Shown here in pieces: positions 25,963 through 38,413 of a stretch of DNA of 64,000 bases. Source of the stretch: Acanthaster planci (taxonomy: Eukaryota); assembly GCF_001949145.1 (NCBI RefSeq), contig NW_019091360.1:2353599-2417598 (forward strand), read 5' to 3'. The position numbers were made by a program, and so were the translations under genes. Position 1 is the stretch's first letter. Every line of letters begins with the position of its first letter. The notes beneath the pieces are model-generated. The model did not search any database and was not told where the DNA came from. It worked only from the letters and a program-made list of their open reading frames with translations.

Positions 25963-28039
25963 CTACTGGGAGATTACCAAAAGTTCTGTAAAATAAGATG
26001 AGTATGCATTCGAATAAAGCTTACAGTGTACATTTAATTAAATAATTATTGACCAAACTTTTCTCCAGTTTTTTTTCACAAATTCCTTGTATGTAATTTG
26101 GCAGCAGTCAGAAAGAAAGTTTTGGAAATTACTTAAACATCATACCTACGACGCACTTCGGCGATTTTTTTTTCATAATATTCTCATATCCAGTGAAATT
26201 GTCATCAATATTTTTAACGAGCAAATTTTGGGTTCACATTTTGACGAAAACAAAATGAACAGAGTCTGTCAGAGAAAAGTCCAACAATAGTGCCCTCACT
26301 ATTTTCTTGGGGAAAGCATGGACCGGGACAGTGTTTCATTCATTCAAATCAACCAAAAACAAAAGGCTGTCAAAGTATTCTCGTGCATTTTAAGAGTAGT
26401 AGAAAGTCGAACAAGTGTAATTCTAAATAAATACATCACTTTGACCCAAACATGATGTCACAGACGCTTGTACGCAGTTTGAACATTTATCTATTCCTCG
26501 GCTGTATTAAGGCCGTCCTTAATTAGCCCAAACACAGACGTGAGAGGGATAAATATTATTACCGGTACCACGATCACCGTAGAATTGAAAGAGCGCCCTC
26601 TAAAATTTAATTTTAGCAGCTTTGCTGTATAGTAGCATACATATACGTCACGGTTTGGGGGAAGAACCATTATCTACCAACCAAGATGAAAGGCAAACAT
26701 TGTTGATTTGTTACTTACTTATTTGTTACTTACTGCCTGAAGAACGTTGAATAAGAAACTGTGTAGGCTACCGAACCAAAATTTGTAACCTTTATATGCA
26801 CAATGTGAATACTGTGACTTTTCTCTCAGGCTGTGAATGATAAAATAGATAGAATTATGGGGGGCCTATCTCGGCTTGATTTTTATTTAGACGAACCGTA
26901 AGGAAAACGAACTATGTTGTTTGAGTATATATTGCATTAATAGTTTAAAACCGCTTCAACTTTGAAACGCACCCTGGACAAAAAATAGACCTGGCAGGGT
27001 TACCAATGTAATTCCCGTGGCATCACCGGTTCCTCTCACATAAATATAGGCCTAACAAATTTCAAACGGTTACGTTTGGTACTCGCAGTTTGTCTTTACT
27101 CCATTTACAAGAGGGGTGAGCCTGGGAGATACTTATCCATCCCCGGACTAAAATCGGTCTTTTTTTCATAATGATACTGTCTCTTTCCTCCACCATCACT
27201 CTATTATTAATTCGGCCACCAGGATTACTTAGAAAACCATTACTGCGGTATGCTCGTGGGCAGGTGGCACGCGCGCGTTACATTCCTCTTCAACCAATAG
27301 GATGTTGTTACTTATTTAATGCACGCGCTTATCAAGATGAAACTTACGCGCACGCGAGTGTGATACACTTGTGTATTAAAAAGCAATAAAACTAGGCCAT
27401 ATCATTGAGTTAATTTCGACAATCGAAACTGGTTGCAAACTTCACGGAAACGTCTCCTCGGTTGGTTATGACACATTTTTGGTTTAAAGTGTAGATATAA
27501 TTAACTTCACAGAGCACTCAGGGATGTGCGTGCGAGTCTCGTCGGCTTTTGGGCTGTTTTTATCGGCCGAAAATAATGCAGTTGCTAAATCGTTTTGAAA
27601 TGCACCGCGGCCTCCTGAAAACATGGCACGTTCGTGCTTTGTGCACTCCCACCCGCCATCTGGATCGACATTCCAAGACGGAACTGATACCGGCCTGCTG
27701 CTGTATTGGTGTTCTCCTTGAACTTAATCGTAGGTGCAGATTGAAAGTTCGGTAGATAAAAGAGTGCGTGGCTGAGAGGGGGGGGGACTTGGCCACGCGT
27801 CTTAAGCGCCATCATAATGTCATCGCCATTATACCAGGATGCTGGAATTGCATAATTCAATGTCTCTTCATGGGTAGGCCTATTAGGCATTTTCAGTGGT
27901 AAACATTTGTGAAATAAAGATTACTGAGGTCACATGCGCGCGAACAGAAAAGAAACGCCTTTATTCGAAAATGCGTTGTGAGTTAGACCTTGCTCGTTGT
28001 GCATATTCGCATTATTCAAAACATTTTTGCGTACAAAGT

Positions 28040-28360
28040 TTATTTACCCAGCCTTCCAATCAGTTGGTGTCTCTGTCCGTGACGTCATTTATTATATCCT
28101 CGTATCGTTCTCCGAATGTGTCACATACAAGGGGAAACAGAAGTAGAGGGGAGCAAGATACGCGCGCACTAGGCGCTCTGACGTCACCAAGTTGAGCGCT
28201 TGGTTGGTGCATCGGGGGCTGCCATTGATATACCTTTACTATATCACGTTGAATTCCCACCGCTCTTCGTGACGTTACTGGGTACTTTTGAAAAGTTACA
28301 CCAGGGATTTATCTTCGTCTCCATGTCCTTGGCTCAAATAGGTGTCAATGTTCGTAAGAA
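28040..28360 (+). promoter_or_regulatory. Probable PAWR promoter: CCAAT box plus two palindromic CRE sites in CpG-rich DNA
   Basis: CCAAT 28056-28060; TGACGTCA at 28080-28087 and 28179-28186; TGACGT half-site near 28270. Possible non-coding exon donor (gtaaga, 28354) and acceptor (ttgcag, 28866) lie ahead of the ATG. Confidence 0.55.
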
Positions 28361-29400
28361 ACCCTGCCAAACATGATTGATAAAAATTGCTAAATATAGT
28401 GACTAGTTGAAAAGGCATTAGGCCCAATGCACGTCTGTATGTTGCTTTGTGAATGCCGAGAATTCGGCTTTGTCATAGCTTCTCATTTTTTTAAAGGGAA
28501 TGCTAAAACAAATATGTAAAAAATTAAGTTTTAATAGAATTAGAGTTTAATTAAACGACATTGCTTCAGACATTTTTCAAAAAGTTCACTTTGATTGTGA
28601 ATAATATTGTAAACATGTGGTAAACATGTTTCTGCACATAGGATTTAAATAAAAAGTATTTATGAAGCATGAAAAAGGTCCCTTTTTTGTTTTTTTTTTT
28701 GTGAGGCTCTTCGGAGGCGGACATGACACAGCATAACAAAATTCCAGAATGCCTTGGTGGTAACTTTATGTAAACAATAACAACAAAAGCCAGACATTCC
28801 ATGCATGCAGGTTTCCGTGTATATCCGTTTCGGGAAAAAATGTCACTTATTTTTTGTTGATTGCAGATTAATCTTAGGTTTTATTGAGAACCCGAATATT
28901 TCCCGAACACATTACAAGACTTAAACTTAGAAGTCCAACTGCAACGAAAAACGCATTGAACTGTGGCACAGGGCGCCAACGAGTACGAGTTATACAAACT
29001 GTACTGACTCCTCGTTTCTTTCGGATGGACTGCGACACGAATCGAGTTTACGCCGATGTTCAAGAGACGTCTAGAAAGACGTGTTTGCACCAGCCCGCCA
29101 CAGATAATTTTTCCACCACAAAACGGTTGGAAAATTTCCTGTTACGATATCACAGTCACCTTGAAGTTGAGCTGTGGTGACGAACTGATGACAATTCGTG
29201 GATTTTCATGGAGAAAATGTTGACCTTCTGAGTTGGAAATCTGCGGGAGTTCAACTCTGGGGCGAGTTTGTGTGTAACTGCTGATTTGTAATGCATCTTA
29301 TGCAGCAGCAGGGGCGGGTTCTGTGTACTTCAATCAATTCAAAGCTCTGAACTTTGAAATCTGATTCTGAAGCGCAACAGGGGAAAACTTTGATGACAAG

Positions 29401-29736
29401 ATGGCGGATTACAGAGCCAGACGGCGTGAGAGGCTCAGCCCCGAGAACAACGGCGAAGCAGACGACCTAGACACGCCTGGGTCTTCGTCCAAGCTGGAAG
29501 TAGGCAGCGAGAGCAGAGTGGCGGCCCGGCGGAGAGAACGAGCGGCTGCCATGGCGGCAGACACCGGGTCGCCTGGGGAAGCGGACGCAGACAGTCACGG
29601 TGCGGCAGGCGGGGGAGGCGCTGGGGCCGGTCGAAGAGCGGGAAAGGACAAGAAAAGCGCAGACGGTTCCAAAGGCGGCAGGTTTGCTCACAGAAAAAGG
29701 GAAAAAAGACGGGGTACAGGAGTGGTTGTACTACAG
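29401..29736 (+). CDS. PAWR: PAWR/Par-4-like first coding exon (112 aa), ending in the basic NLS/SAC-like motif RKREKRRGTGVVVLQ
   Basis: Strong start context aagATGGcg, Gly/Ala-rich N-terminus, motif matching Par-4 REKRRSTGVV, donor CAG|gtgggt in phase 0. Confidence 0.9.
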
Positions 29737-32700
29737 GTGGGTGCATGAAGTAATACAGATGCAAATTATAGTGGACTCGATATAAAGAACCCTTTACTAG
29801 TCAGTGGTAGTGTTAGGCCCAATAACAAAATCCAAGGCCAACCAATGCCTACTATTAATGTTTGGCCCTGGCTATAAAAAGTCAATTTTTCGAATCCCAG
29901 TTTCTTGAATTCTTGCACTTTTCTTTGTTTATAATCTTGTTGTATAACAAAGACCAGGTTATGGCAAAGTAACTTGTCTGGTCCTTGCAACTTTGTTGTA
30001 ACAAGAGTTGATTTCCGATCTCTGTCTTTACTAGTTTGAGGTCTGGTCCTAGTCTAGGCTTTGGCTGTTTTGGGAAGTTATTGATGTTATGGCGGGTTAG
30101 CTTCTTCAAAGAAAAGTTTTGCTTTGAATGCTTATTTACATGTAGCATGGGAAGGGAGGGGGCATTTTGTCATGTTCTAAATGACATGATGTATTGTAAT
30201 GTGTATCTGTTTATTATTGACATTGCACAATCTTAATGTTAACAATGAATAATAGTGGAAAATGGGCAGTCACATGCAGCAGCTGTGATTGCTGAAGCTC
30301 ATTGTTCATAACCCATTCATCTCTAAAGGCAACATCATTGTTACTTGCCAGAATTTGCAAGACATCTACATAAACTTACAGACTGTAACTGTAAACTGAC
30401 TGTAAATTATAGAGATTGAATTGAGCCATGCTGCATCTTATGACTTCAGCCTGTTCTCTTGATAAAACTCAATTTGATGCACTGATTCCACCTGTTGTCC
30501 CTAATCAGTCTTTTGCTTACCAAAAAGCATTTAACCCATAAGCTGTTACTTTGAAGCCAGCCACATGTACATCATACATATACATATACATGTATGCTTG
30601 TCAATACAGTGTACACAGGTACATCAAAACATGTACATGTAGTACATGTAGATTCATCTTTGTTCATGTTATGTATATGTATATGTATGTGCCATTGTTG
30701 AGTGGCATTGAGATTTGTGCACAATATCCGTTCACATACTTGTTCTGGGACATACATGTACTCGTATGCTAGTCATAGCACCAATTTTGTGGAGACCAGA
30801 AATGTTGCAAAATGCCCCCACAACTTTGACCTGTTTTGATTTTAACAGAAACTTTACCATTATATGGTGAGATTTTGAGAGCCTACAGTACCCAGTATGT
30901 AAATGCTGTGTACACACCTGCCTTCCTTCACGGAGTCCTTTCTAAGTTCTGGGACGGGGGATGTGACGTAAAGTCTGTGTACATGAATTCATGTATTGTT
31001 CATGAAATGAAGTCCTGACTTCTTTTGGAATGTTGCAGAAACTACATGTACATGTGTATTGTAACCAAGTTCTCCATCCTGTTCTTTAAGAATATCCTCA
31101 GTATGGACAGTGCCTTGTATGAGGGTTTGTTCCTTGTTGTAGCACTCAAGAAATCTGACTACTGGTACAGGATGATGGACTGAATGATTTTAAAAGATTT
31201 CATTTTGTACAATTAGAAACTTCAGGTCAAGTGGAGAATTACAGTTTGTTTCTCTGATTTGATCTGTTCTTAAGCTGGTGTGGGCTGCCATTGCAGGATT
31301 ACCAATGGGAATTCAGTCTTTGTTGTATCTTCAACCTCTTTTTAACTGTCAGAACCAAAATTCCTCAGACAGCAATCTCATACCACACTAACCCTAGGTA
31401 ACCATCCTCAGTTCTCTTGAATCACCCCTTCAACTTGCAGCATTAGAGAATTGAGGTTTTTGTGGTAAAAATGTGGAGCGGACTTTGAAAGATGCTTTTT
31501 GTCTAGGTCTTGGGTGGGACCTCACGTTGTTTATGCTCAGCAATGCATAAATTCAGGCCTTGATTACATTGGAAATTATCTCCATTGGTTGGGAACATCA
31601 TTCGCACTCCCTCAACAGGATTATAGGAAGACTTACAAGAGCACTTGAAAGGGCTGAAGCAGTGATCACTCCCTCTACGGGTAGGAACACATTCAAGAAA
31701 TTGAAAAAAGAGAGAAGTTTTCAGGCTGTGTCAAATTTATACCTGGAGGTACCAGTATTGGAGGATTTTGAATGGCTGAGGACTTGCATCTAACCCAAAA
31801 GAACTGGGCTTAGGGCTCAGTGTACATGTACACATGTACGTACATGTGACACACACACAGTTTCAGATGATGGAACTTCAACTAATGTAACTCGGGGAAG
31901 GGGGGCTAAATTTATAAGACTGAAGCCAGAAGCTGGAGACAGGAGATGAACTTTGGGAAATCACCATGTTCTGTCAGTTCATGTCGGATTACCTACCGTA
32001 AAATTGCGTTTCCTTACAATATTTGTGTGGTTAATGAGACAAGGACAGCTGTGTTAGTGGGTGTGGACGAGAAGGGATAAAACTGGAGCAAAGCTGAGGG
32101 GACAGCAGTTGTATATTTATGGGTTATTTAATTGGTATTTCCGTGGAAAATCTGCCGTCATGTACATGTACATGTACCGTTATGTTAAAAAATCAAGCTT
32201 GCATGCACATATTCTTAAAAAAAAGAAATCTTTGTAAACACCTGCAGTTGCAGCCACCCTGTTTGTCTCTATCTGTTTGTCCTTGAACTTTTTGGAAAGG
32301 CCTCATTTTTGTCTACATACTGGCGCATACATGTACATGTACTGGTATAAACACACATGATTGTCATTTGTGGATGTTTAGCCAGTCTCAGATCCTGTTG
32401 TCTACTATTGTTCAACGTGTACGCACCCACATGCTTGGCTGTGAACTGTGGCAAAACTTTGTGTACATGTACCTGTAATGGGGGAAGTTGTAATCCGTGG
32501 CACACAATGTTGCTGCATTATATTGTACATGTACGGTACATTGAGTCCAAGCTCCCCCAGTATACTACATGTACTTTTGTGTAAAGTTTTTAAGATCATC
32601 CAAAAAAAGAAATCATGGTTGCCATAAAAGCCTGTTAAAGTCTGGAAATACAGGTACTTTTCTGAGCAAATTGACTCCTAGAAGTGCTATTTATAACCTT

Positions 32701-35700
32701 GGCCATTCCTCTTCTGTGGGACTTCCTGATCATGAGTCACCAGATCTTGGGGTCGATCACTGAGAACACATCATGTTGGATGAGGACTTTTCCAGCAGGA
32801 TGTGTGTATGTGTAGGTATATGAGGTTGCACAAAGGTCTTCTCCCACAAATTTGCTCTCATCAGATGACAAATCAATGTTTTGGTGTTTTTTTTTTGAAA
32901 TGTGTTCCAGTCAATAGCTGAAGGCTGAGTCTAATGCAATTCCCAGTGTAAATTAATGTTTGTATTGTGACAGTTTTCCCATGTGTAACAGAAACCGGTT
33001 TCTCTGTTACATATGAAATGAGTCATAAAGCTCTTTAAACTAAAATCTTCAAAACACTTCATGTTTCTAGCATAGGTGCACAAGCTGAATGACATACATA
33101 CCTACGAGCTGTGCCATATATTTGCTATTTAAGCAACTTTGTGTTAAACCAAATGAAACTGTGCAAAATAATTTTTAAAAAAGCCAAAAAGTGAATTATG
33201 GGGGAAGCTGTTTGCCCATTTTTATGCCACCTGAAACCCTATCTAGAAAAACAACTTGTGATGAGAATATATGGTATGTCCACACAAAACTAAATCGGCA
33301 ACAGTTGAAAAGAAACCTTTACTAACCAAAAATGACATGCATTGAACCATCATATTTAGTTTCTCTGTTACACGTCAAATGATTTCCTGTACCACTGCAC
33401 AAAATGAGTCCGTACACGTCAAGTACATATAGTTATTCAGAGCAAAAATCATTTACATTTATTGCATGTATGTATATCAATTACATATCAATAAGTTTTG
33501 AATTTGTTTAGACTACTTTGAAATTTTGACCTCCTTGTCACACATTTGGCCCCCTATTTAAAATAAAGACCCACACCCTGGTGTACAGAGTGGATCACCA
33601 ATGGAAGAATAATGAAACATTGGACAGAAGTGGAAATATTCATTGCTCTAGACAAGAATCAGTACCATCAAAAAAAGTAATCATTATTCCTGATAGGCCC
33701 ATTGTTACACACACCTTGGGGTCTACATGAACGAGCCACTTTTACTTCAAAGAGCTTTGTGATACCAAAAAATGAACAGAATCCTCACGAATGTTGAGAG
33801 GCCTTTATGTTTGAGAGCATATTCAGTGCTTTCACTGCGACAATCCCTTCGGGCTGGGCCAGTTTTCTGGATTTTCAATTAGAGCCACACCAAACACTGT
33901 CCAGGATTGAGGTTGCAGAAAGTCGTTGTGAGGGGAAGGCTTGTCACAGGGTGGAGAGCCCTGAGTGAAGGAGCATCAGTGAACTCTCCTAGGAGTTTGT
34001 TGTACATGTACATAATGTATACATGTAGGCTACATAATTAATTTGTAGTACTTCTGAATTTTTTAATAATAAAGTAGCTGTCAAATGCACTCCGCATGAA
34101 TGTTATGTTTGCTTAAAACTCGATCCTACAAACTGAGTCTCAAGATGTTTTTTCAGTAATTTTGTTCTCTAGCTGCGTCAGAAGTAAACTGAGTTCTTTC
34201 TTTTGATGTACATTGTATCTTGCTGAATTTGTCATCCTGATCAAAATTTATGCATGTACATCATATGGATAAAAAAGTTTAGGATATAGTATTTGTCGAG
34301 AGTTCACATTGGGCAGGATTCATTTTTTACCTTTTCTCAGAAGTGGCTCTGACGATTGTGACTCATTTTGTTCTTGGTTGGGTTACATTTTGTATTTTTA
34401 AATAGCATCAATCACTTCCCCTGATCCTGGACTTTGACAGTTCCCCCTTCCAAAATGCAAGTTCATTTCCTCTGTTATCACCAGTTTAAGAGAGCCTGTA
34501 CATTTACCCCACAGGTTACAAAATTAGAATTATCACACTCACTAGTTCCTCACATAAGTACACAAACAGAACCAATGTTTCGTTTAATCAGAAAGATCTG
34601 CAATATCCCAAAGCTTTCCTATCAGAATTACGAAATACATGTATAATGAATCATACAGGATTTTTGCATTGTTGCAAAAGAGGTATAAAGATTGGTAATA
34701 CATAACAGATTGTCTCATGTAATAGTTGTGGTGATGATGTCTGTGAGCCTGGGACATACATGTATGGGGTATGCCACTCAATGTGAAGACAATGTGTGGT
34801 ATGATTGAAATGTACTCATAGGGTAGAATAGGCAAATGAGGACGTCCACAACAGAAGGCAATGGGGCAGTTGCCCAATGACCTTGCTGACAAAGGGTTGG
34901 CATACCAGTGTTTGGAGAACAAAGGGCCAAATATTTCCAGGGACACTACCAGTCATTCAGTTGAAAGAGCAGATTTCAAAGACTGACCTCTTTAATTTTT
35001 AAAATTCTTCCTTTTGTGACTGCCCTAAGTTAATGCTGTTGATTGATTCTTTTTTTTTTTTTTTTACAAAGTCTCTCTTTCCTTCAATAGGAAAACAAAC
35101 TAGGAAAAGAAAAGCAGTTGTGTAAATTTTATTCACTGCTCTTACTTCAACATGAGGAAAAGGTTTTACAGACTTTTATGGAAAAGAAAGCTTTTCTGAA
35201 AAAAAGAAACTTGAGCAATACATACATGTATATGCAAATGTATGAAAGTAAATTCTCTAGCTTCAGTACCTCTGCATAATATGGCAACAAAGGATGTCAT
35301 TCCCACAAACTGGTACGGAGAGTTCAGATTTCATGTAAACATATTCATTAAGGCATGGTGGAGTGTCATCTTTAAGTTTAACCCTAACAGTCCCCAATCC
35401 TTCTCCTGTTGGAGGATTGAGGATTGTTAGGGTTAATATTGTTACATGTATATTGTGTCAGGTGTTCTGTGTGTATTTCACAAAACATGGTTAAAGCAAA
35501 TCAAATTGTACCTGGTAGCAACAGAATTTTCTGAATCTTGTTAGCTCATTTACATGTCTAAGCATTTTGCAAATATTTACGAAGTCTGTCTTTGGTAAAC
35601 CCACTTGTAAAATGAATTGAACACATTGAGTTACATTGAACACATCTGAATAACAGTGCACATAATACAAGCTCTGGCATTCTTTGATCCTATTATTTTT

Positions 35701-38305
35701 CAACTAATCTCGAAGTTGGAACACACATAAACAACTGTGTCATCATCAAGTCCTTCTTACTTCAGTGATCAAGAACTACCGGTACCTTGTTCCCAAATTT
35801 AGGATGACATGAAAATTTATGATGTGCATGACACATCGTTTATCTTGTTCTCTATCCATGCTCTGTGCTCAGTATCCTCTCTCTTTTTTTTTGGTACTCG
35901 TACCTTCATCTTTTTACACTATGTGCCTACCACTAATGCAAGCAGCAGTCACGCCAGAGGCCTTTGAGTAAATAGACCCCTTGGTCTGACAATGGTGAGG
36001 TCCTTGGGAGTAAGTCCTGTCGTGACAGTGATACAATGTACCCCCATGCACATTGTTCACCATCTGGGCCCAGGCTAAGCCACCCCTAACAGTTCCTGGA
36101 TTATTGACATAACACAGGGGCACATGTACCTCTATGTGTAATTGTCTAATAATAAAACAAGAATCAAGATCCGGGTAATTTTTTGTGATGTTGTATGTCA
36201 GCTTTCATGCAAAGAAGAAAAGAAATCTGTGCAGTGCAAGCCTTCTTTGTGTGTAATGTGTACATGCAAGCTTCAGTTGTTCATTTATGGTACATGTAGC
36301 ATTGTGACTGTCTTGGAGTTTTTGTCAGAGGGGAACCTGCCCAAAATACTGTGCAAGTCTTAGACATGGACATGTATGAACCTGTACTGTGCATAGACGG
36401 AAATATGTCTTTGCTTGATGGGATACAGCGATGCGATGTTAGATTGGTGGCTCATGAGTCTGTAGCTTCTCTGCAACCCCTCTCACATCATCACGCTGTG
36501 TCTTCACTCTCTATCTTCTATTATCATCATGGAATGTGCTCCATTACTTCTCACAATAGTACTGTTAGATGAACCCTTTTCTCCTCCATCTGATCAACAT
36601 CCATACATCACAACCCCCAAAGCCAGTTCCAAGTCTCTTGTCAATGTTCTCTGGAACTCTTGGTCTTCATCCTTTTTTCTGGATGCTTAAAAACATATCC
36701 CGGTTCAAGAGCTATTCGAATAAACGTCTTCCACATGGAGCATACGATAGCACACCTTTATTTCCCCTCATCACCTTTTTCTCTGTACTGGTATTTCTTT
36801 TCTTGTAGCCGTACACCTTGAGCAGCCGCTGATTGACTTGTGGAGGGCAAATTGTATGTCAGAAAACCCCACAAAGTTATTTCCACAAACAGGTGCATGC
36901 ACTACAGTACATGTATCCACCGCACATGCATCAGAATGGATTTATAATTGTAAGCAGTTCATCTGTACCCATTTTAACTGAAGCCTGGTTTCCATACGGT
37001 CGTAACAAACTCCGACGGCCCGCAAGATGTCAAGACGCAGACAGTCGTGGAAGAGATCCTGTGCGTAACGTCATTCCACCCAAAAAATAAATCAAAATGG
37101 CATGCGAAACATGGAACTTTTTGAAAAAAAAAAAAAACCTTCTTAGGTAGCAGTGTCACCTCTTGAAGCTACATGTAAACTGATACTCCAGTTTGATGTA
37201 ATTTGTTAATTGTCAGCTATTTTGTTCATGATTATGGCTGCATATGCTTGTAATAAGGAGAAAATCAACAAAATGAGTGGTACTAAGCGAGAGGAACATC
37301 ATTGTACATGTATGCCAGCGTGTGTGTTTGTATAGGCCTACTCAGCGATTCAACGCACACAGTCGATAAAGTTGAAACGGGCTCAACTTTACTGATCCAT
37401 CTGGGGTTAGTTTGTGTAGCGGTAACTGGGTTATCGGCGATACTTCCATTTGACATGTTTTGCAGTTTGCATATTGATTGTGTTTTCTTATGTTGATATG
37501 GAAATCAGGCTTTTCATCTACATGTACATTGGGGGAGAAAATTAAGGGAGAAATTTTCACCTCTTTTCAAAATTGTGAGATTTTCATTGCATTTAATGCG
37601 GTTTGTAATGGGGTTTTTACAGTACATACATGTACATGTAGATAGTGCATTGTCAGATTTGAAAATCATCATTTTTCAAGAAATGACAGAGAATGTTGTC
37701 CACTTTGAAGTGTGCTGATGTATTGCACATGTATGCTTGTGATTCACAAATGTTTTGTAAGGTTGATTCATATGTACATGTGTGATGCATGTTGTTCAGT
37801 AAAGAATTTATCTCTTAAAAGATCCGCCATTTCCAACATCCCTACTGTCCCTTTTCAATAGTGACTGCAGGCCAGTTGGGGATGAACTTTAATTATTTTG
37901 TGAAAGATGACTTTGTGTTATATTTATTTATTTATTTATTTTTTGGACTGAGTCAGTTTAGTTTGAGTGTTACATATACTGTACTGTATCTGCTCCAAGT
38001 TGAAGTGCATCCTCACCGGTAAAGGAAAGACAGATTGGTACGAAGAAGTTTCCCAACCAAGTTCAATTCTTGCACCCATTCAGCTTGCACGCAAAGACCA
38101 TACGTTCCAGTATGAATTTGTTGTGCGTACTCAGCGTGCCCTGTGCCAAATGCATACAAACTTGGGCGCCTGTGCGATAAGTTCATACCAAAGGACTGTC
38201 AATTTCATTTAAAAACCGCCCTCTTTTGTTCCTGCTGGGAGTGGATAGTCCATGATAGTGATGAGTTTTGTTGTTTTTCCCTTCTGTTTCTACATGTACA
38301 TGCAG

Positions 38306-38413
38306 GATGAGGACACCGCCAATGCTACAGCCAATGTCAAAACCAACACAGATTACAATGAGGACATTGCCAAGAAAGCTGATGATCACAATGGAACAAC
38401 TAATTCCTATGAG
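38306..38413 (+). CDS. PAWR: PAWR-like exon 2 DEDTANATANVKTNTDYNEDIAKKADDHNGTTNSYE, phase 0 to 0
   Basis: Pyrimidine tract then tgcag acceptor, donor GAG|gtattg. NVKTNTDYNE resembles Par-4 AITQQNTIQNE. Confidence 0.85.

Noticed and set aside
29461..29595. Caspase-3 site equivalent to vertebrate Par-4 EEPD (DDLD/T or ADAD/S)
   Set aside because: Short motifs in unalignable low-complexity sequence; indistinguishable from chance.
29435..29785. Antisense and alternative-frame ORFs over Par-4 exon 1
   Set aside because: By-products of GC-rich coding sequence.
36833..37090. CpG-rich ORF in Par-4 intron 1 as an extra exon
   Set aside because: It begins with aagcctggtttccatacggtcg, resembling a transposon terminal repeat. 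Splice sites are weak and there is no Par-4 similarity.
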